A stretch of DNA of 64,000 bases from a candidate division Zixibacteria bacterium SM23_81 (GTDB lineage: Bacteria; SM23-81): assembly GCA_001304015.1 (NCBI GenBank), contig LJUY01000006.1, positions 22,605-86,604 of the forward strand. The letters are read 5' to 3'. The stretch's first letter is position 1. Each line of letters opens with the position of its first letter. The position numbers and the translations under genes are program-made. Of the stretch, positions 58,922-64,000 are shown piece after piece. The notes beneath the pieces were generated by a model. That model did no database searches. It saw only the letters and a list, made by a program, of their open reading frames with translations, and had not been told where the DNA came from.

Positions 58922-60823
58922 TTAAAAGTAATACCAGATGGTCCTGTAATCATCCAAGTTCTCACCCATCTCCTCAAGGCGTCTCAGATAGCTCAGGATG
59001 GGGACATCTACGTGGATGAAGCTATCCACTGGAGAGATGTTCCGCTCCCAGGGAAAAAATTCGTAGATTCGCCGACCATCTGGGGTCAACATGATCACGT
59101 CGTGATCCTGCCAAGCGATAAGGTAGCTTTTTCCCAACCGGGGAACGTTGAAGACGGCGGCATCAGAGCGGACCATTCCCGAGAACAGCCGAACTTCCTC
59201 CCTTTTTTCCTGAAGCAGCCGAGCAATGGGAGCCCGGTAGGACTCCGTCTCCTCTTTTCCTTTGGCGACAAAGGTGTAGTAAGGTTCGATGCCTATAACC
59301 CGCAATTGTCGTCGAAGAGCTGCGCTTTCAAACCTCCTACTGTTGTATGTGGTAAAGACCAGCTGATTGTACACCGGGATGCCCCTGCGACGAATTCTGG
59401 CCACAGCCATGACCATCTCTGGAGTCACCTCGTAGAGGTGCTCCACGTGGGTAACTACGACGATCTCCCTTTTAGCTGGCACGTGGTACTTGCCCAGCAG
59501 GCTCACCAGAGAGGCTGTGAACCTCTGAGGGATGGTAACCAGAAGCCGCGTTCCTAGCCGAATCCGCTCTACATGGTCAATCTCGCTGAGGTTTCTCAAA
59601 AGAGCGTCGAGCTTATTGTCGCTCATCACCAGGGGATCTCCACCGGTGACCAGCACCTCTCTAATGGCCGGATGGTTCCTGATCCAGGTGAGCGCCGCCC
59701 TTATCGCCTTTTGGGAAGCCAAGGCCCGAGGGCCCAGCACCTGATGAATCTCCCAATTTCTCTGGCAGTAAACGCAGATCTGCGGACAAGAGTTATAAGG
59801 CTTAAAAGCCACAATCTGCGGATAGCGTCTGGTGATCAAATCCATGGGAGAGGTGTCATGCTCGCCCATATAGTCCGCGGAGAGTTCTCGATCCTTTTTA
59901 TGCTGGATCATCCAACTTACATAGCTTTCCGGGGGAATAACCTGAGCCCTGATGGCGCGATCGTTTCGGTGGCTGTCAGTCCTGTCTAGCAGAGATAAGT
60001 AAAATGGCGTAATGCCAAAAGGGAGGCCGTTGGCTCGGGCACGTGCAATCTGCCGGCCCTCTTCCTCGGTCAGTTCCACCAGGCAGTTCAGGGTTCGCTC
60101 ATCTCGAATGACCTGTTGTAGATGCCAATGCCAATCATCCCAATCCTTCCTCCGGCTACTAAAATAGCGCAGGATCCGTTGTCTGTTTCGCTGGCGTCTC
60201 CTAACTACCTTGGGGTTCAGACCCGATGGATAGCGTGCCATGAACCTGTCCATAGAACGGTACATGCCATCTAGAAGTCGGGACCTCGCCTGAGCGGCTC
60301 TCCTCCCTCTCATGTCCAAGTAAGTCGGACGCCTCATATGGTCGTAGATGCCGGATTGGCCACTTATTCCCCGGAAAAGGTGGATCAGATCCTCCACGAA
60401 ATCCTCGGTCACCGACTGCAAAACCTCCACATCATCACCCCTAATTAGGTGATACAGATAATAGAGAGAACTCACACCGGTGACCTTTTCATTCCGTTTG
60501 GCCAGAATATTCCTGAACACGGCCAAGCACTCCCGTATGTTCGCTCGCTCCAGGTACTGGGTCTCTTTGAATCCCATCTCCAAAGCTCTCTGCTGGCTGT
60601 CCAGGAATTGATAGAGGCGACGGCGGGCTTCCTCGAGACTCCTGCTCCGGGATAGGATAGTGCAGATTTGCGGAGACGCATTCTTGAGCCGTTGTAGCAA
60701 GGACTTCTCCATCTGCATTGGTTCAGAAGAAGCTTGACCCACTTTGCTCTTGGTCGAAACCCCCGTTTCGGTCACGGTTTGTCCTCCGTTAGTTTCTGGG
60801 GCAATCGGAGACCTCGGGAACAA
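58922..60823 (-). CDS. KamA-family radical SAM aminomutase with ~215-aa Arg-rich N-terminal extension
   Basis: CPQICVYCQR (C-x3-C-x2-C), a KamA-like region (DWDDWHWHLQQ, ITPFYLSLLDRTD) and downstream GGDPL. Several internal Met residues make the exact start uncertain. The ORF overlaps the upstream gene by 35 nt. Confidence 0.8.
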   Translation of the reverse strand: MFPRSPIAPETNGGQTVTETGVSTKSKVGQASSEPMQMEKSLLQRLKNASPQICTILSRSRSLEEARRRLYQFLDSQQRALEMGFKETQYLERANIRECLAVFRNILAKRNEKVTGVSSLYYLYHLIRGDDVEVLQSVTEDFVEDLIHLFRGISGQSGIYDHMRRPTYLDMRGRRAAQARSRLLDGMYRSMDRFMARYPSGLNPKVVRRRQRNRQRILRYFSSRRKDWDDWHWHLQQVIRDERTLNCLVELTEEEGRQIARARANGLPFGITPFYLSLLDRTDSHRNDRAIRAQVIPPESYVSWMIQHKKDRELSADYMGEHDTSPMDLITRRYPQIVAFKPYNSCPQICVYCQRNWEIHQVLGPRALASQKAIRAALTWIRNHPAIREVLVTGGDPLVMSDNKLDALLRNLSEIDHVERIRLGTRLLVTIPQRFTASLVSLLGKYHVPAKREIVVVTHVEHLYEVTPEMVMAVARIRRRGIPVYNQLVFTTYNSRRFESAALRRQLRVIGIEPYYTFVAKGKEETESYRAPIARLLQEKREEVRLFSGMVRSDAAVFNVPRLGKSYLIAWQDHDVIMLTPDGRRIYEFFPWERNISPVDSFIHVDVPILSYLRRLEEMGENLDDYRTIWYYF

Positions 60824-61946
60824 GGTTCTCTCCCCTGGAGACAGACTCGATGGAGGGTGCCAGCAGTCCCTTTTTCCGGGACATCATCCGAACCAAACGG
60901 GTCAGACCGGTTCCATACGTGACTAGTCCGCTCACTAACAGCAAGGACCAGTAACATATCAAACGACTGGTGAGAATGGTGACACCTCTGAATGCCCTGG
61001 CTAACCCGATGAGGGAGAACAGGGAGAACTGAACGGCATCGATCTGTCCCACAGCGCCTGGCGTGATGGGAATAGTGGCCACTAAGTTGACCGTGAAAGA
61101 AACGAAAGCCACCCAGGGCCATGGCAGGGGATAGTCCAGGGCCATAAGCACCAGATACGTGACCAAAGCGTCACAGAACCATATGATCAGCGTGAGGAAA
61201 AACGCCAGGAGTATCCGCCCCCGGTTTCTGGCGATGAGTCGCACATTGTCCATCAACCGAAATATGAAAAAGATAAACCTTTGATACCTTGCCGAGGCAA
61301 ATACACCCCGTAGCCTTTTCTCCGTTTTGGGCACGAAATACAGGAACATCAACAACAGGAGAAAACAGGAGAAGGTCACTTGATACAGGCTCAAGATCCA
61401 CCTGGGTAGCCCAAAGCTGAGGATGAAAAAGCTGAACACGAGGGAACAACTCAGGATAACAAACCCATCCAGGCCACGCTCCACGAAAATGCTGCCCAAT
61501 CCGACTCGAAGGGAGATCTTCCGATCGCTTCTCAGCAGATATGCCCGGGCGACATCGCCAGCCCTGGCGGGCACAACAGCGCTGATGAACCAGCCGACCA
61601 ACAAATAGGAAAAAAGCGTGACGGAGGATAGCTTTTGATCCAAAGCCCCCAAGAGAAGCTTCCAACGCAGCGTGCGCACCGCAAAGGAAGAGTAATATAA
61701 TGCAAAAGCAGCCACAATGAACCGTGGGTCCAGAGTCCGAAACTTCTCCCAGGACGCCTGGAAACCAGACAGCTTTAAGATGGCCAAAAAGGTCACCACT
61801 CCCAAGGCGACCAGAGTGGCTGCCCGTCGCATGCTGACCTTCTTGGAAACTGGAAAAGCCCCTGTTGACATCAGCTCAATTCCCACGATCGTACTCGCTG
61901 CCCCTCTCCACGGGATTGAAGGTCCCCCTGGTGATGAGACAGACAA
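60789..61946 (-). CDS. Polytopic membrane protein, flippase-like (LPG-synthase TM-domain / UPF0104-like)
   Basis: About 8 hydrophobic helices with an RWKLLL motif region. This is the family that commonly partners with GT2 enzymes. The likely start is the ATG at 61871 or 61832. Confidence 0.6.
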   Translation of the reverse strand: MSVSSPGGPSIPWRGAASTIVGIELMSTGAFPVSKKVSMRRAATLVALGVVTFLAILKLSGFQASWEKFRTLDPRFIVAAFALYYSSFAVRTLRWKLLLGALDQKLSSVTLFSYLLVGWFISAVVPARAGDVARAYLLRSDRKISLRVGLGSIFVERGLDGFVILSCSLVFSFFILSFGLPRWILSLYQVTFSCFLLLLMFLYFVPKTEKRLRGVFASARYQRFIFFIFRLMDNVRLIARNRGRILLAFFLTLIIWFCDALVTYLVLMALDYPLPWPWVAFVSFTVNLVATIPITPGAVGQIDAVQFSLFSLIGLARAFRGVTILTSRLICYWSLLLVSGLVTYGTGLTRLVRMMSRKKGLLAPSIESVSRGENLVPEVSDCPRN

Positions 61947-63237
61947 ATGGGTAAATCATCTCCACGACAAAGGGCAGCGGGTCTTCCAGCGCAAAATCGT
62001 CATAGGATGTGTCACGCCGAAAAAATTTCAGGTAATCCAAAAGGACCCTATGCTGGCTTATGGGCCTTCTGAGATAGTCGCACAGGGCCCGCCAGTCGCC
62101 CCAAAGCCAGCGCGTCTTGACGCCCAGTGGATATTCTAATACGGGATCAACATCCCCATCCACGGCCATGCGATACAGCAAATAAGGGAAGTCAACCCCA
62201 GAGGCGACACCCTGGTACAGCGAGCCCCAAAACCGCGGATTGATCTCCATGAGAACCGGCCCCCGGTCCTCGGTGAGAGTAAACTCAGCCTCGGCGATGC
62301 CGTGCCATTCCAAGCGCTCCAGAACTTGATGGGCAATCTGCTCCATCGCGTCGTTCCTGACGCTGGTTCGCAACACCGCTGTGCCTCCCTCAATAGGGAA
62401 CTCTCGCAAGAACTTGAAGGTGAATTTTGCGCGCAGTTTTCCCCGATTATACAACATGCATACCGAGTGTTTGGCACCCGCCACGTACTCCTGGATAACG
62501 GGCGCATCTTCTGGCTGGAACCCAAATCGAGATGTCAGCTCCCCATAGGCCTCCTTTAGCTCCCTAGAGGAGTTCACGTAACGAAGTCCAAAGGCTCCGT
62601 GAGCTCGCCGCGGTTTGACCACTGCCGGATAGCTGAGCTCGTCAGCGATCTCCTCCAGCTCTTCTATCTGGCCAACATGGTAAGTTTTGGGGATGGGTAT
62701 TCCCAACTGCTGGGCCAAAGCATAAAATCGATCCTTAGAATGAAGAGTCATAATCTGGTCGTAGTCGGGCAGAGGAACTTTCAATACAGGCGTCAATCGG
62801 TCTCGATAGCGAGCGATGATGAAACCCTCCTCATGCATGGGCATTAGCACGCGACACCCGAACTCTCGAGCCTTCCGGGCCAGAGTTTCAATAAACCGCT
62901 CCGGGTACAGGTATGGCGAGGGGTAGACGAATCGGCCATGACAATATCGAGAGTAAAAACACATAGACGGGGAAAAGCTATCTCCCGCCACGACCTTAAT
63001 TCCTCTCCGGGATAGGCTCTTGAGGGCCGTATAGGCCATCCGATTTCTCCCAAAAGTGACCAGAGCGCTCACAATGGTGATACCCCCGGTGGGCAGATCT
63101 CCTTTGCCCGAGAACTGAGAGAGGAGCTGAGATTCATGGGCCTGATGTGCCTCCATGGTCAGGAGATTTGCCTTCCTCCCCACCATGCCAAACTTCTTCT
63201 TCCGTGGCCATCTTGGTCTCCCAGACCCAGCGACCAC
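61876..63237 (-). CDS. ATP-grasp domain ligase
   Basis: The central fold shows KVVAGD pre-ATP-grasp, AVVKPRRAHGAFG and EINPRFWGS (the E-x-N motif). The start is probably an internal Met at about 63156. Confidence 0.7.
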   Translation of the reverse strand: MVAGSGRPRWPRKKKFGMVGRKANLLTMEAHQAHESQLLSQFSGKGDLPTGGITIVSALVTFGRNRMAYTALKSLSRRGIKVVAGDSFSPSMCFYSRYCHGRFVYPSPYLYPERFIETLARKAREFGCRVLMPMHEEGFIIARYRDRLTPVLKVPLPDYDQIMTLHSKDRFYALAQQLGIPIPKTYHVGQIEELEEIADELSYPAVVKPRRAHGAFGLRYVNSSRELKEAYGELTSRFGFQPEDAPVIQEYVAGAKHSVCMLYNRGKLRAKFTFKFLREFPIEGGTAVLRTSVRNDAMEQIAHQVLERLEWHGIAEAEFTLTEDRGPVLMEINPRFWGSLYQGVASGVDFPYLLYRMAVDGDVDPVLEYPLGVKTRWLWGDWRALCDYLRRPISQHRVLLDYLKFFRRDTSYDDFALEDPLPFVVEMIYPFVCLITRGTFNPVERGSEYDRGN

Positions 63238-64000
63238 CGTTCTGCCGATACCAGTCGATGGTCCGTCCTAATCCCTCCTCAAGCGATATCTGAGGCCGCC
63301 AGTTAAACAGGGTCATGGCCTTAAAATAGCTGCAATTCAAGCGCTCCACGTCCAATGGACGGAGTCTGACCTTTTCAACCTGGATGTCAACTTGCTGTCG
63401 TTCCATAAGTCGAGCGATGATCTGGGCCAGCTCCTCCACAGACCAATCCCGTCCTTGTCCCAGGTTGACCACTTCACCCACGGCCTTATCGCACTGCATC
63501 AGCTCGATGGCCCCTTTGACAGCGTCGTCCACGTATGTCAAGTCTCTTCGGGCTTTCACGTTCCCCAGCTTCAGACGATTGCCCCTGTCCAGCTGCGTAA
63601 TCAGCTCGGGGATGATGTAGGGGTGTGTTTCGCGAGGGCCATAAGTATTGAACTGGCGCAGGATAATGATGGGCAGATTTTGCTCCTTGTACAAACTATA
63701 GCAGAGCCTATCGGCGGCCAGCTTGCTCACGGCGTAGGTGGAACAGGGCCTCAGGGGATGGTGTTCGTCCATGGGCACATATCGTGCGCTGCCATAAACC
63801 TCCGAGGAGGAATACTGGAGAACCCTCTGAACCCCGGCATCTTTGCAGGCCAACATCACGTTTAAAGCCCCAGTGGCGTTTACCTCAAAGAACTTGCGAG
63901 GTCGGTCGTAACAATGCGGGATGTAAGGCTCGGCGGCCAAATTGAACACGCAGTCAATTCCATTCTGGCGCATAATGTCATTCAGGTTCGGATCTAAGAT
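63134..64000 (-). CDS. NAD-dependent sugar-nucleotide epimerase/dehydratase (extended SDR; UXS / ArnA-C-terminal-like). The 5' end lies beyond the window.
   Basis: FNLAA, Y-x3-K (YAVSK) and RQFNTYGPRE motifs. The reading frame continues upstream of the first in-frame ATG to the window edge. Confidence 0.8.
   Translation of the reverse strand: MLDPNLNDIMRQNGIDCVFNLAAEPYIPHCYDRPRKFFEVNATGALNVMLACKDAGVQRVLQYSSSEVYGSARYVPMDEHHPLRPCSTYAVSKLAADRLCYSLYKEQNLPIIILRQFNTYGPRETHPYIIPELITQLDRGNRLKLGNVKARRDLTYVDDAVKGAIELMQCDKAVGEVVNLGQGRDWSVEELAQIIARLMERQQVDIQVEKVRLRPLDVERLNCSYFKAMTLFNWRPQISLEEGLGRTIDWYRQNGGRWVWETKMATEEEVWHGGEEGKSPDHGGTSGP

Noticed and set aside
58922-60262. Shorter KamA call starting at an internal Met (~446 aa), discarding the N-terminal extension
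   Set aside because: Considered because KamA enzymes are usually 400-470 aa. About 560 bp of stop-free upstream frame in a compact operon is unlikely to be non-coding, so I kept the long form and flagged the start as uncertain.
1-64000. CRISPR arrays or other short tandem repeat arrays
   Set aside because: No spaced direct repeats were seen. The only large-scale internal repetition is the pair of paralogous NRPS modules and the three PF01663 paralogs, which are protein-level duplications.

Overview
The window reads as a bacterial chromosomal segment, probably from the Fibrobacteres-Chlorobi-Bacteroidetes (FCB) group. Two secreted proteins end in type IX secretion system (T9SS) C-terminal sorting domains, and one sits beside a PorV/FadL-like outer-membrane barrel. 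Coding density is high and almost every gene is on the minus strand. Positions 1-28.8 kb hold housekeeping and envelope genes (rpsT, an HD-GYP/HEAT operon, HIT, a LeuD-like small subunit, an NHL-repeat protein, a lytic transglycosylase, dnaE, an M23 peptidase, a TonB-receptor/T9SS-cargo/PorV-like operon, a PpiD-like chaperone, and an atypical Omp85-like protein with a BamB-like partner). Positions 28.8-33.3 kb form a visibly AT-richer island on the plus strand with tailoring enzymes (sulfotransferase, Zn-ribbon SAM methyltransferase, a frameshifted carbamoyltransferase remnant, a GDSL/SGNH hydrolase). Positions 33.5-64 kb are an unbroken, co-directional minus-strand array of about 30 kb. It combines an Arn-like amino-sugar lipid-carrier module with a KamA-family radical-SAM aminomutase and an ATP-grasp ligase, a sulfate-activation pair (sat, cysC) interleaved with three tandem PF01663 (AlkP-superfamily) paralogs and a GT4, a two-module NRPS (C-A-T, C-A-T) with no terminal TE or reductase domain, plus an MbtH-like fusion, a PPTase and a pair of alpha/beta-hydrolases, then a NodB-type deacetylase and a T9SS-sorted hydrolase-like protein. 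I read this array as a candidate undescribed biosynthetic system for a sulfated, aminoacyl- or peptidyl-decorated envelope glycoconjugate. No rRNA, tRNA, CRISPR array or transposase was found. All calls come from reading the sequence and the six-frame translations by eye; no searches were run.
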